This document shows positions 20,173-30,270 of a stretch of 64,000 nucleotides of DNA, in pieces. A program made the position numbers and the translations under genes. Below the pieces are notes generated by a model. That model ran no database searches, was not told the origin of the DNA, and was given only the letters and a program-made list of their open reading frames with translations. Within the stretch, counting starts at the first letter, position 1, and each line of letters opens with the position of its first letter. The DNA comes from Verrucomicrobiota bacterium. Lineage in GTDB: Bacteria; Verrucomicrobiota; Verrucomicrobiia; Limisphaerales; JAEYXS01. The stretch is from the NCBI GenBank assembly GCA_023431185.1, contig JAEYXS010000055.1, positions 3,973 through 67,972 of the forward strand, given 5' to 3'.

Positions 20173-20754
20173 ATGAGCGCAAAAAAGATCCTGATGATCA
20201 CTGGCGATTTCGTCGAAGACTACGAGAACATGGTCCCCTTCCAGGCGTTGCAGATGGTTGGCCACACCGTCCACGCCGTCTGCCCTGGCAAGAAAGCAGG
20301 CGAGCAGGTCCGCACCGCCATCCACGACTTCGAGGGCGACCAGACCTACAGCGAGAAACCTGGCCACAACTTCACTCTCAACGCCACCTTCGCCGAGATC
20401 AAAGCTGCCGACTACGACGCCCTCCTCATCCCCGGCGGCCGCGCTCCCGAGTATCTCCGCCTGAACTCCGAGGTGCTGGACCTGGTCCGCCACTTTGCCA
20501 ACGCCAACAAGCCCATCGCCGCCGTCTGCCATGGGGTGCAACTCCTCACCGCTGCCGGTGTCGTCAAAGGTCGCAAATGCGCCGCCTACTACGCCTGCGG
20601 CCCCGAAGTGACCTTGGCCGGCGGTGATTTCCGAAACATCGAAGTAGACGGTGCCTACGTTGATGGCAACCTCGTGACTGCCCCCGCCTGGCCCGCCCAC
20701 CCCGCCTGGCTCGCCAAGTTCCTCGAAGTCTTAGGCACCAGAATCACGCTGTGA
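20173..20754 (+). CDS. DJ-1/PfpI family protein
   Basis: Opens [18 protein letters not shown], has the nucleophile elbow AAVCHG, and [12 protein letters not shown]. Confidence 0.85.
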   Translation: MSAKKILMITGDFVEDYENMVPFQALQMVGHTVHAVCPGKKAGEQVRTAIHDFEGDQTYSEKPGHNFTLNATFAEIKAADYDALLIPGGRAPEYLRLNSEVLDLVRHFANANKPIAAVCHGVQLLTAAGVVKGRKCAAYYACGPEVTLAGGDFRNIEVDGAYVDGNLVTAPAWPAHPAWLAKFLEVLGTRITL

Positions 20755-20868
20755 CTTCAGTGGAGCGTGGGTTGTCCTCAACCCGCAGCAACGTCCAAAG
20801 ACAACGGTCGCCATTGAATAATCAATTGCTTGAGCACTTGCACGCTGCTCTTCCGTGGCCGCCCCATT

Positions 20869-22299
20869 TCACTTCTCCGCGATACAATACAAACTCTGAT
20901 GACCGCGCAGAAAAAGCTCCTTTCCCACCGCCGCCGGTGACGCATCGATCCGGTCATCCAGCTTGTTCGTCGCCAGCACCTCCAGCTTCGCGCTGTTCTT
21001 CAAGACCAGCGCCCCGCCATCCCGCCCGATTACGTACACCTTGTCCGCCACCCCCAGCGGCGAAGCGTAGATCCCGTTCACGCCCGTCAAACGTTCCTCC
21101 ACGTAATGCGGCGTACCCTTGATGGCATCGAAGCACGAGATGAAAGCATCGTTCACCTTGTGGAAATACAACTTGTCCCCATACAGCAACGGCGACGGCA
21201 CATACGGCGTGCCGCGATCAAACTTCCACGCGATGGCCTCCGTCCCAGTCAGATCACCCGTCTTGCCCAGCTTGATCGCGTGCAAGGCGCTGCCACGGAA
21301 ACCGCTCATCACATACACCATCCCATGCCCGGCCACCGGCGAAGGAATCACGTTCACCGTCTGCCCGCCGCTCTCCCAAACTACGTCACCCGTCTTCAGA
21401 TCATACGCCCGCACCTTCGTCGTCGCGTTCACGATCGCCTGCGGTTTGCCGTTCACCTCGAGGATCAATGGCGTCGCCCACGAAGTCACTTCCGGGCGGT
21501 CTTTCCGCCACAGCTCCTTGCCCGTGTGCTTGTCCAACGCCACGATGAATGAATTCGCCTCCTGGTCCCAAGTCTGCACCAGCACATCCCCGTGGAGCGC
21601 CGTGGAACTCCCCTCACCAAAACCGTTACGCGTCGTCATGTTCCCCAGATCCACCTCCCATTTCACATTGCCGTCCATATCTAGGCAATAAGTCCCGCGC
21701 GAACCGAAAGTGAGGTAGAGATGCTTCCCATCCGTGACCGGCGAGGCCGAGGCGAAACCATGATCCCGATGATGCCCCTCATGCGGCACCTCCTCGCGTA
21801 CCGTCTTCTGCCAGATCGTCTTGCCGTTGGAACGATCCAGGCAAAGCACCACAAATTGATATTTGTCCGTCGGCTTTTCCGAACCGAACCCTCCTCCGCC
21901 ACCGCGCTTGCCCTTCTGCCCCGGTCCACCCGGAGGCGGCCCGCCCGGACCACCCGGTCCCGGCCCCTTCGGCTGCGCCACTTGCGCTGCCGGCACCGGA
22001 CTGGGTAATGCGGCCGTCGGGCTGAGGCTCTTGATCGCCGTCAGGAGAAATACTTTATTTCCCCAGATGATTGGCGTAGATGTGCCGAAGCCCGGCGTCT
22101 TCACCTTCCACTTCACATTCTTGCCCTCGGCCCATTCTATCGGTGGAGTCGCCTTAGGGGCCACGCCATCTGCATTCGGCCCCCGCCACTGATGCCAGTT
22201 CTGCTCGATCTCCGCCTTCGTCGCCGCGAAGAGAGAGTCAGCGCCAAACGCCATCAGACCAAAGGCCAGCAATGAATGAAGTGGGGATTTCATAAGCAT
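20869..22299 (-). CDS. PQQ-like beta-propeller repeat protein (BamB-like fold), secreted
   Basis: A signal peptide, WHQWRGPNADG, and repeated YAYDLKTGDVVWE-type blades. There is a Gly/Pro-rich low-complexity insert. Confidence 0.75.
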   Translation of the reverse strand: MLMKSPLHSLLAFGLMAFGADSLFAATKAEIEQNWHQWRGPNADGVAPKATPPIEWAEGKNVKWKVKTPGFGTSTPIIWGNKVFLLTAIKSLSPTAALPSPVPAAQVAQPKGPGPGGPGGPPPGGPGQKGKRGGGGGFGSEKPTDKYQFVVLCLDRSNGKTIWQKTVREEVPHEGHHRDHGFASASPVTDGKHLYLTFGSRGTYCLDMDGNVKWEVDLGNMTTRNGFGEGSSTALHGDVLVQTWDQEANSFIVALDKHTGKELWRKDRPEVTSWATPLILEVNGKPQAIVNATTKVRAYDLKTGDVVWESGGQTVNVIPSPVAGHGMVYVMSGFRGSALHAIKLGKTGDLTGTEAIAWKFDRGTPYVPSPLLYGDKLYFHKVNDAFISCFDAIKGTPHYVEERLTGVNGIYASPLGVADKVYVIGRDGGALVLKNSAKLEVLATNKLDDRIDASPAAVGKELFLRGHQSLYCIAEK

Positions 22300-22457
22300 A
22301 GTTGTCAGAAATTAAACGCCTCGAAACAAGAAAAGTTGCACCAGGAGTTGAGTGTGCAATCCACCGGAGCGTTCAAAAGTTAAGAGATAAAATTTCATCC
22401 TCCCAGACTGGCGAACTCCTCACCCCTTCGCTATAGTGCCTCTAACCCCAACCAGTT

Positions 22458-23822
22458 ATGAAATCTAACGGCAAAGCAGTCCGGTCCGAGGTGGCCAAAT
22501 TCGTCCGCGGTCTGGTTCGTCGCAATCCCGGCGAGACCGAATTCCATCAAGCCGTCCAAGAGGTCGTGGAATCGGTCATGCCCTGCGTCCTCGATAATAA
22601 AAAATATCGGGACGCACAGATCCTCGAGCGCATGACTGAGCCGGACCGCATCATCATCTTCCGCGTCACCTGGGAGGATGATCAGGGGAACTTCCGGGCA
22701 AACCGTGCCTGGCGTGTGCAGTTCAACAACTCCATCGGGCCCTACAAAGGCGGCATGCGTTTCCACCCCAGCGTCACCTTGAGCGTGCTGAAGTTCCTCG
22801 GCTTCGAGCAGGTGTATAAGAACAGCCTCACCGGTCTGCCGATGGGCGGCGGCAAGGGCGGCTCCAATTTCAATCCAAAGGGCAAGAGCGAGCACGAGGT
22901 CATGCGCTTTTGCCAGTCCCTGATGATTGAACTGCACCGTCACATCGGCGAAGACACCGATGTGCCCGCTGGCGACATTGGCGTGGGCCGACGCGAGATC
23001 AGCTACATGTTCGGCCAGTACAAACGTCTCGCCAACCGTTTCACCGGCACGCTGACCGGCAAGGGCCTCTCCTTCGGCGGCAGCCTCATCCGCACGGAAG
23101 CCACCGGTTACGGTGCCGTCTATTTCATGCAGAACATGCTCGCCGTGCGTGGGGAAAGTATCGCTGGCAAGACGGCCGTCGTCTCCGGCTCGGGCAACGT
23201 CGCGCTCTATTGCATCCAGAAACTCATGCAGGAAGGCGCTAAAGTCGTCACCGCTTCGGACTCCCGCGGATTCATCCACGACCCGCAAGGCATCACGCCC
23301 GAGAAATTCACCTGGCTGAAGGAACTTAAGGAGGTCAAACGCGGTCGCATCCACGAATACGCCGAAAGATTTCCCGAAGCGAAATTCTACGAAAGCCAGA
23401 CCCCGTGGGGCATCGCCTGCGACCTCGCCTTCCCCTGCGCCACGCAGAACGAACTCCACGGCGACGATGCCAGGCAACTCATCAGCAATGGTGTAAAAGC
23501 CGTCGCCGAAGGCGCGAACATGCCCAGCACCCTCGAAGCCACGCGCCTCTTTCTGGAGAACAAAGTCAGCTTCGCCCCCGGCAAAGCAGCCAACGCCGGC
23601 GGTGTGGCCGTCTCCGGCTTGGAACAAAGCCAGAACGCCATCCGCATCGCCTGGAGCCGGGATGAAGTGGACGCCCGCCTCAAGGACATCATGAAGGGCG
23701 TGCACGACCGCAGCCGTCAATACGGCGACGACGGCAAAGGCTACGTGAACTATGTCCAAGGCGCGAACATCGCCGGCTTCGTGAAAGTGGCCGACGCGAT
23801 GCTGGCTTACGGCGCAGTATAA
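22458..23822 (+). CDS. gdhA: NADP-specific glutamate dehydrogenase
   Basis: Motifs include GPYKGGMRFHP, the catalytic Lys region LPMGGGKGGSNF, and GSGNVALY (Rossmann). Confidence 0.92.
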   Translation: MKSNGKAVRSEVAKFVRGLVRRNPGETEFHQAVQEVVESVMPCVLDNKKYRDAQILERMTEPDRIIIFRVTWEDDQGNFRANRAWRVQFNNSIGPYKGGMRFHPSVTLSVLKFLGFEQVYKNSLTGLPMGGGKGGSNFNPKGKSEHEVMRFCQSLMIELHRHIGEDTDVPAGDIGVGRREISYMFGQYKRLANRFTGTLTGKGLSFGGSLIRTEATGYGAVYFMQNMLAVRGESIAGKTAVVSGSGNVALYCIQKLMQEGAKVVTASDSRGFIHDPQGITPEKFTWLKELKEVKRGRIHEYAERFPEAKFYESQTPWGIACDLAFPCATQNELHGDDARQLISNGVKAVAEGANMPSTLEATRLFLENKVSFAPGKAANAGGVAVSGLEQSQNAIRIAWSRDEVDARLKDIMKGVHDRSRQYGDDGKGYVNYVQGANIAGFVKVADAMLAYGAV

Positions 23823-23846
23823 GCTCCGTCTGAATCCGAAAACAGC

Positions 23847-23878
23847 AAAGCGTTGGGCTGTTAACAACCCAACGCTTT
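23847..23878. terminator. Bidirectional terminator hairpin between convergent gdhA and the Calx-beta gene
   Basis: An 11-bp stem aaagcgttggg/cccaacgcttt with a 10-nt loop. Confidence 0.6.
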
Positions 23879-23922
23879 CAACATTTGTCCACCGCCAGTC
23901 CCCGGGCGTGGAAGATTGTTGC

Positions 23923-26900
23923 TTACGGCAGCATCTTCGCCCGGTAGAACCGCGTGCCCGGCCCGGCTGGCTCGGAGAAATAGCTGCCCGCCCTGCCGGA
24001 AGCGTTGGTGAACACCGGACTCCAGTTGATCAAATCACTGGAGACTTCAACGACATAACCTTGGCCGGGAGTGAAGAACAACTGCACCGAACCGGCCGCC
24101 CCCGTGCCCGAGGAAAGCAGTTGCAAGCCGCCCGAGCCAGCAGCTCCGCTGTTGAACGTCAGCACCATTCCCTCACCAGCCAGCACCTCAAAGCTGTCAC
24201 TGTCGCCAGTGTGGTTGAATCCGTCATCCGCCCGGAGCGTTACCAGATCAGCCGTCGCCGGCATGGTGATCTGGCCATTCCATACGCCATTCACAAACAC
24301 ACCCGACTCCGTGGGCAGGACCGAAACTGGCTGTGAGTTTCCATAAACCGCATAGCGGAGGTCCACAAAGGGAATCCGCTGCAGCGCCGTCATGGGGAAG
24401 AAATCACCAGGGGTCTGGAACCCACCATCCACTGTCCCGTGGGCAAACACGGTCGTCGGGAGATAGCGGGTGTAGTAACCCGAAGTCAGGACACCTACCC
24501 GGTAGGTCGTGCCCGCCTCCAATATCACGGGCGTATCCAGCTCCGTTTCCCGCCACGAGCCCGGCGTACTCGTCACATTCTTGCTGGCGATCAGCTGGCC
24601 GTCATTCTTCCAGATGGATACCTTCGTGCCGCTATAGTGGCGCACATGCGTCACTAGGAGCCGCTGATTCGGGGTAAAGGCATACCCGGCTGTGCGAAAA
24701 CCTCCGGCCAGCACGTTATGCGCAGGCGCTCCCAGCAGGTTATGCAGCCCTTCATCTGGCGAGGCCGCCAAAGCCGTCAGGTTTACGATGCCTGAGTAAC
24801 TGGTCACCACATCACCAAACCGGTCCCGCGCCGTGACCGTCACCGGGAAAGGCTGGTTGACGGTCTGTTGAAACGGGATGGCGCTCCAGGTGAAGTGGTT
24901 CAAATGCCCCGGCAAACCATCATCATTCACGATCGTGCCCAGGCCTTCGCCGTCTGCGATGGTCGCATTGACCGCTGCGGACAATAACATCCGCATATAC
25001 TTGTCCCCTTCGATGGTCGCATTGCCATACACCACTACCGCGACACATTGCGTGGACGTCCCCGAAGGGAATACCAAGATACCGTCGCGGGCGGCATAGC
25101 TGCCCGGCGCCAGCGCACTCCCGTCTGCCGTGGCGAACTTCACCGAGATGGTGCGGCTGCTGGTCCCGGAAAGACTGAGCTCAAACTCCATATAACGGGT
25201 CCCGCTGTCACCTTCCACCGTACTGGTATCGTGGATGGTGATGCGGGGCAGCGGGTCATCATTCACGATGGTGCCCGTCGCCCGGTTCCTGAGCAAAGTG
25301 GCATGCACCGGACTGCTCAAGGTGACGCTCAAAGTCTCATTGAGTTCATTCACTACATCGCCCAGCACCTGGATCGTGATGGTCTGGCTGGTCGAGCCCG
25401 GCGGGAAGATGACCGTGCCGGAGGCAGAGATGAAGTCCGTGCCGGATTTGGCCGAACCGCTCGCAGTAACGTAGTTCGCCGTGACCGTATGGAGGCTGGC
25501 GAACGGCATGGTCACGGTGAACGTCATATGAGTGATCCCCTCATTGCCTTCGGCGACGCTGACATCGGCAATCGTCAGCAAGGTCGGAGTGTTCTCGCCC
25601 GTCGCATTCAAGATTGTGCCGGTGCCCACCCCGTTCTCAATCGTCGCATTGACCGGCATGCTCAAGTTCACCACAAATGTCTCCGCATCTTCCTGCAAGG
25701 TTTCCCCGTTCACCACTACGGCTACCGTCCGGCTCGTGACCCCCGGGGGGAAAGTCACAAAGCCGTTCTTGGCCGCATAATCCGAACCCGCCAGGGCCGT
25801 GCCGTTGGCCGTGGCAAACCGCACGCTCACCGTCTGGCCGCTGGGTTCTGAGAGCGACACGGTAAAGACCGCATTCACCGAACCGGCGCTCGGTTCCAGC
25901 ACGGTCACACTGTCGATGAAGAGCTGGGCCGTGACCGGGTCATCATTCACGATGGTTCCCGTGGCCTTGCTGACCAGCAGCACGCCCGTACCGAATTCAT
26001 GCATTGACGGACCAGCTAGAAAGAAGTCCACATTGTTGCTCAGGTTGACAAAGAAAGTCTCGTTCGCTTCGTTGACCAGGTCGCCATTGATGCTGACATC
26101 GATTGTTTTGGTTGTCTGCCCGGGCTCAAAGAAAAGCAACCCGTTGGCCGGGATGTAATCGTTATCCGCCGCCTTGGCGGTCCCGTCCGCCGTGGCATAG
26201 CTGATCACCACGGGATATTCACTCGCCGCCGCCAAAGTCACCTCGAACTGGGCGGTGGTGATCCCTTCGTCCCCCTCAGTCACAGAAGTGTTATGGATCG
26301 TCACAGCCGGACGCGGGTTATCCAGAATGGTGCCGGTCGCCTCCCCGTCTGCGATCGTGGCAAACAACGGCGAGGTTAGCTGCACCAGGAAAGTCTCCGT
26401 GGCCTCCACCAAGGCATCGCTCTTCACTGTGATGGAGACCGGCCGGCTCAACTGCCCTGCCGGAATGGTGACCAGCCCGGCAGCAGAAACAAAATCACTG
26501 CCGGCAATGGCCGTGCCATTCACCGTGGCGAACCTCACCCCGACCGTCTGACCGCTGACCTCCGTCAGGCAGACCTGGAAGGTGGCCGTGGCCGTCCCGG
26601 AATCGCTCTCCGTGACCGTGACGTCGAAGATGTTGATCTGAGCCGTCACCGGATCGTCATTGAGGATGGTGCCCATGCCCCGGTCATCCCCCAGCACCGC
26701 ATTGACCGGATTGCTCAAGACCAGTGAAAACCTCTCATTCGCCTCGTTCAGCAGATCTCCGTTGACGGTCACGGCAACCGTCCTCTGCAGCTCGCCCGGC
26801 TCGAATTCAAGGACGCCGTTGAGCGCTGCAAAATCTGTCCCCTGCAACGCCGAACCGTTTACCGTGCGGTAATTGACCCGCACCACGCTCGCACTCGGGC

Positions 26901-28158
26901 AGGAGAGCATGATGGTAAACTCGGCATTCACAGAGCCGGAATTCCCTTCCGTGACTGTGACATCGCTGACCGAGGCGAACACCGTCATGACCGTATCCGC
27001 ATCGTCATCGATGATGGTTCCGGTGGCCGGTGGCCCTGAAAAACTTGCCCCGACCGGGTTCGTCAGGCGGATCTGGAAGGTTTCGTCACCTTCCGCCACC
27101 GTATCACCCAGAATCGGCACCAGTATCTGGCGGGTGGTCGTTCCCGGTGGGAACGTCAGCAAACCACTGGTGGCAGTGTAATCAATACCGGCCAGTGCCG
27201 AGCCATTCACCGTGTTGTAACTGACCCGGACCGTTGTCCCGATGGCCGTCTGCAAACCGACTTCGGTCTCGGCCAGCTCCACTTGGAAAACCATGTTCCT
27301 CGTGCCGTCATTACCCTCCACTACCGAACCGTTGCTGATGGTCAGCGGCGGCGGCGGCACGGAAGATTCCAGGGAAAAAACAAAGACCGTGGTGTCCAGC
27401 GCCGAATCCGATGTGTCAGCCACAATGAAAGTGAGCTTGTTATTGACGGAACCCGGTGCCACCAAAGCCGTGAACTGCATGATGACAGTCCCCTGCGGAC
27501 TCAGCACCCCGTCCAGTTCCGTGCCGGCAATGGCACTCATCTCCGGATGGTTGATGTTCACCGGCTTGCCGCTGGCCAAGGCGATGTTCTGGCCGTTCAG
27601 GTAGATGCCGAAACCGTCGATATATTGTGAATTGACATATTCCGCATACTCCTCCGACCCAAATACCACATAAAACGAGATGAAATTCTTGTCCGAAGTG
27701 ACGTCAAATTCGATATCTAGCTGGGTGACGTCAAAATGGTTGAAATTCGAGGTGGCCGTGCCGGTGATCGGATCCAGCAAGGTTTCCTGATCCCCGGTGG
27801 CCGAAACACCATACCCGGTGGTGCGGCTGCCAGTCGTATTGGGGCCCGATTGGTAGTCGGTCACATTGCCGGTGCTGAGCACAATACCCGGCTGATTCAA
27901 CCCGTACCCGTTAACATCACCCTCAACACCGAGAAAATAAAGGCCAGTCGAGGCTGCGCCTTCAAGGGAATGCCCTTGCAAACTGGCCTGCCGGATGGTC
28001 AGACCGGAATTTTCCCCTGGCGTCAACGCGGCGGCAAGCGCACTGGGAACCGTGTTGCGCTCGATGATGATCGGCCCGGAAGCAGGTTGGGCGTCAGCTC
28101 GCGTCAGCACCAAAAACAAAACCAAAGCCAGCGGGAGGAGGTGTCTGATTGCTTTCAT
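23923..28158 (-). CDS. Giant secreted protein: choice-of-anchor-L-like N-domain, about 9 Calx-beta domains, DUF4082-like domain, C-terminal FYR module
   Basis: A signal MKAIRHLLPLALVLFLVLTRADA, then FGSEEYAEYVNSQYIDGFGIYLNG. The repeated Calx-beta signature is G(D/E)x(V/L)xExxExFxVxLSxP. The protein ends TRFYRAKMLP. Confidence 0.8.
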   Translation of the reverse strand: MKAIRHLLPLALVLFLVLTRADAQPASGPIIIERNTVPSALAAALTPGENSGLTIRQASLQGHSLEGAASTGLYFLGVEGDVNGYGLNQPGIVLSTGNVTDYQSGPNTTGSRTTGYGVSATGDQETLLDPITGTATSNFNHFDVTQLDIEFDVTSDKNFISFYVVFGSEEYAEYVNSQYIDGFGIYLNGQNIALASGKPVNINHPEMSAIAGTELDGVLSPQGTVIMQFTALVAPGSVNNKLTFIVADTSDSALDTTVFVFSLESSVPPPPLTISNGSVVEGNDGTRNMVFQVELAETEVGLQTAIGTTVRVSYNTVNGSALAGIDYTATSGLLTFPPGTTTRQILVPILGDTVAEGDETFQIRLTNPVGASFSGPPATGTIIDDDADTVMTVFASVSDVTVTEGNSGSVNAEFTIMLSCPSASVVRVNYRTVNGSALQGTDFAALNGVLEFEPGELQRTVAVTVNGDLLNEANERFSLVLSNPVNAVLGDDRGMGTILNDDPVTAQINIFDVTVTESDSGTATATFQVCLTEVSGQTVGVRFATVNGTAIAGSDFVSAAGLVTIPAGQLSRPVSITVKSDALVEATETFLVQLTSPLFATIADGEATGTILDNPRPAVTIHNTSVTEGDEGITTAQFEVTLAAASEYPVVISYATADGTAKAADNDYIPANGLLFFEPGQTTKTIDVSINGDLVNEANETFFVNLSNNVDFFLAGPSMHEFGTGVLLVSKATGTIVNDDPVTAQLFIDSVTVLEPSAGSVNAVFTVSLSEPSGQTVSVRFATANGTALAGSDYAAKNGFVTFPPGVTSRTVAVVVNGETLQEDAETFVVNLSMPVNATIENGVGTGTILNATGENTPTLLTIADVSVAEGNEGITHMTFTVTMPFASLHTVTANYVTASGSAKSGTDFISASGTVIFPPGSTSQTITIQVLGDVVNELNETLSVTLSSPVHATLLRNRATGTIVNDDPLPRITIHDTSTVEGDSGTRYMEFELSLSGTSSRTISVKFATADGSALAPGSYAARDGILVFPSGTSTQCVAVVVYGNATIEGDKYMRMLLSAAVNATIADGEGLGTIVNDDGLPGHLNHFTWSAIPFQQTVNQPFPVTVTARDRFGDVVTSYSGIVNLTALAASPDEGLHNLLGAPAHNVLAGGFRTAGYAFTPNQRLLVTHVRHYSGTKVSIWKNDGQLIASKNVTSTPGSWRETELDTPVILEAGTTYRVGVLTSGYYTRYLPTTVFAHGTVDGGFQTPGDFFPMTALQRIPFVDLRYAVYGNSQPVSVLPTESGVFVNGVWNGQITMPATADLVTLRADDGFNHTGDSDSFEVLAGEGMVLTFNSGAAGSGGLQLLSSGTGAAGSVQLFFTPGQGYVVEVSSDLINWSPVFTNASGRAGSYFSEPAGPGTRFYRAKMLP

Positions 28159-28494
28159 AGTAAAAAATGTGTTCCGGTACCAATCAAGCTGGCACCTAAC
28201 TATTTGTCGCATTATGTCGGGCAAAGAACCGCCCGCTTATTGCCGTTTGCTTTGAATTTTTTGTCGGGAAAAGAAAACGCCCGATTTAGTCCAAGATGCA
28301 GACGAAACCGCCCAAATACAAGCCAATTAACCTCCAAAGAAGCCAAAATACCTGCCCTTTCTTGCTATCAGAACGACCCTCTCCGCATCTTTCAGGAAGT
28401 CACAAACCGGCCAACTATCGGAGTCTGCCCCACTCCCCTAAAAGCGGCCTAATCCACCCTAGGGAGACGGGGTCATAAGACCCTGAAACCAGAA

Positions 28495-30252
28495 TCACTC
28501 ATTATTTGTGAAGATGGCCTGCAGGGTATTAAGGTCATGCCGGGCTGTGAATTGCAGGAAAGTCTCCCCTTCCTGACGGCGACGCAGATAACCCTTCAGA
28601 ATCTTTTCCATCAGCGGCTTAAGGTCATCGAAGGAGATGCCTTGGAAGATCTGGCGCCCCACCGTCTGCTGCTTGCCGAAGCCGCCGCCGATGCACACGT
28701 GATACCCCTCCACCGTCTCACCAGACACCTTAACCTTCGCACCGAGCAATCCGATATCGCCCATGTAATGTTGCGCGCAGGAGTTCGGGCAGCCGGTCAG
28801 GTGCACATTCACCGGCACATCCAGCTTCACACGCTTGTCCAGATACTCCATCAGTTCCAGCGCGTGACCTTTGGTGTTCGCCCCCGCGAACTTGCAGTAG
28901 CTGTTGCCCGTGCACGCGATGAAACCGCTCTTCAGATTCGATTGCTGCCAGCCGAAGCCCATGCCCACGAGCGCCTTCTTCAACGACTCCACATAAGCAT
29001 CCGGCACGTTCGGGATGATGAGATTCTGCCAGACAGTCATGCGCACTTCACCCGAGCCGTAAGCATCCGCGAGTTCCGCGATGCGCAGCATCTGTTTCGG
29101 CGTGATCTGACCGACGGGAATCACCACGCCCACCCAGTTCAAGCCCGCTTGCTTCTGCGGATACACACCGATGTGCGGATGTGCCGGACCAGCTGCCTTC
29201 ACCGGAGCTGCTTCCAGCTTCGGTGCACGCAGCAAGGTATAACCCAACAGCTTCTCCGTCTCCGCGAGATACTGCTCCAGCGTCCACGTCTCGAGCAAAT
29301 GCTTCAGGCGCGCCTTCTTGCGATCACCGCGATTACCATTCGCGATGAATACACGCAGCATGGCCGAAGTCGCCTTCACCACTTCCTCTGGCTTCGCATA
29401 GATTCCAAGATCCTTGGCGAAAGCTTTGTGACCCGTCGCACCACCCAAGGCGCAGCGGAAATAAACACCCGCCTTCACTTCACCGCTGTCTTGCTCCACG
29501 CGCACCGCCGTCCAGCCGATGTCGTTCGTGTCCTCCACGCTGCTGATGAGGCCGCCGCCGTTGAACGCGATGTTGAACTTGCGCGGCAGGTCGTAGAACT
29601 CGCGGGTGTTCAGGATCACCTGCCCCATCTCATGCGTGAGCGGCAGCGTCTCGATGATCTCATTCGGGTCCAGGCCGCTTGTCGGATCGCACGTCAGGTT
29701 GCGGATGTTATCCGCACCGGAACCACGCGTGTGCAGGCCCACGCCTTGAATGCGGCGCAAGACTTCCGGCGCATTCTTCGGCTCGATCAAACGGATCTGG
29801 AGATTCGCCCGTGTGGTGATCTGCACATAGCCCGTGGTCAGATCCTTCGCCAAATTAGCGATCTCACGCAATTGAAACGTCTTCAATTGGCCGCCCGGGA
29901 TGCGCAAACGCGCCATGAAGGCTTCCTTGTTCGGCGTGAGATAGAACAGGCCGTGCCACTTGAAGCGGAACGTGTTCTCCTTGTCCGGGGCCTGGTTCGC
30001 CGCCGCGTGTTGCAGCAGGAGCGGATACGCATCTAGCGGAAATAGCTCGTGCTTGATGCGCTCCTCCGGGATGAGGTCTTCCAGGTTCGGCTTCGCGGGA
30101 CCAGACGGTTGCGCCGCCGGATTCGGCATGAGGTCGCCGAAGGAAACCCCGCGGTTCTTCAGACCGGAGAAAAAGCCGTCGAGATACGCGGTCTGCTCGT
30201 TCGAGAGCTTTTGGCCGGAAATCTCTTTGATGGGAACAGTGGAGTTGCTCAT
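28495..30252 (-). CDS. nirA: Siroheme/4Fe-4S nitrite reductase hemoprotein (ferredoxin-nitrite reductase family)
   Basis: The NiR/SiR ferredoxin-like and 4Fe-4S/siroheme motifs are CTGNSYCKFA and HLTGCPNSCAQHYMGDIGLLG. The CPNSCAQ form is the NirA type rather than CysI. The gene sits at the 3' end of the nasA operon. Confidence 0.8.
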   Translation of the reverse strand: MSNSTVPIKEISGQKLSNEQTAYLDGFFSGLKNRGVSFGDLMPNPAAQPSGPAKPNLEDLIPEERIKHELFPLDAYPLLLQHAAANQAPDKENTFRFKWHGLFYLTPNKEAFMARLRIPGGQLKTFQLREIANLAKDLTTGYVQITTRANLQIRLIEPKNAPEVLRRIQGVGLHTRGSGADNIRNLTCDPTSGLDPNEIIETLPLTHEMGQVILNTREFYDLPRKFNIAFNGGGLISSVEDTNDIGWTAVRVEQDSGEVKAGVYFRCALGGATGHKAFAKDLGIYAKPEEVVKATSAMLRVFIANGNRGDRKKARLKHLLETWTLEQYLAETEKLLGYTLLRAPKLEAAPVKAAGPAHPHIGVYPQKQAGLNWVGVVIPVGQITPKQMLRIAELADAYGSGEVRMTVWQNLIIPNVPDAYVESLKKALVGMGFGWQQSNLKSGFIACTGNSYCKFAGANTKGHALELMEYLDKRVKLDVPVNVHLTGCPNSCAQHYMGDIGLLGAKVKVSGETVEGYHVCIGGGFGKQQTVGRQIFQGISFDDLKPLMEKILKGYLRRRQEGETFLQFTARHDLNTLQAIFTNNE

Positions 30253-30270
30253 AGGTGTTCCTGGTAAATC

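Noticed and set aside
24900-27300. Periodic similarity inside the 4.2-kb Calx-beta gene as DNA-level tandem repeats or a mobile array.
   Set aside because: The periodicity of about 330-350 nt corresponds to successive Calx-beta protein domains in one continuous reading frame. This is domain duplication, not a separate genetic element.
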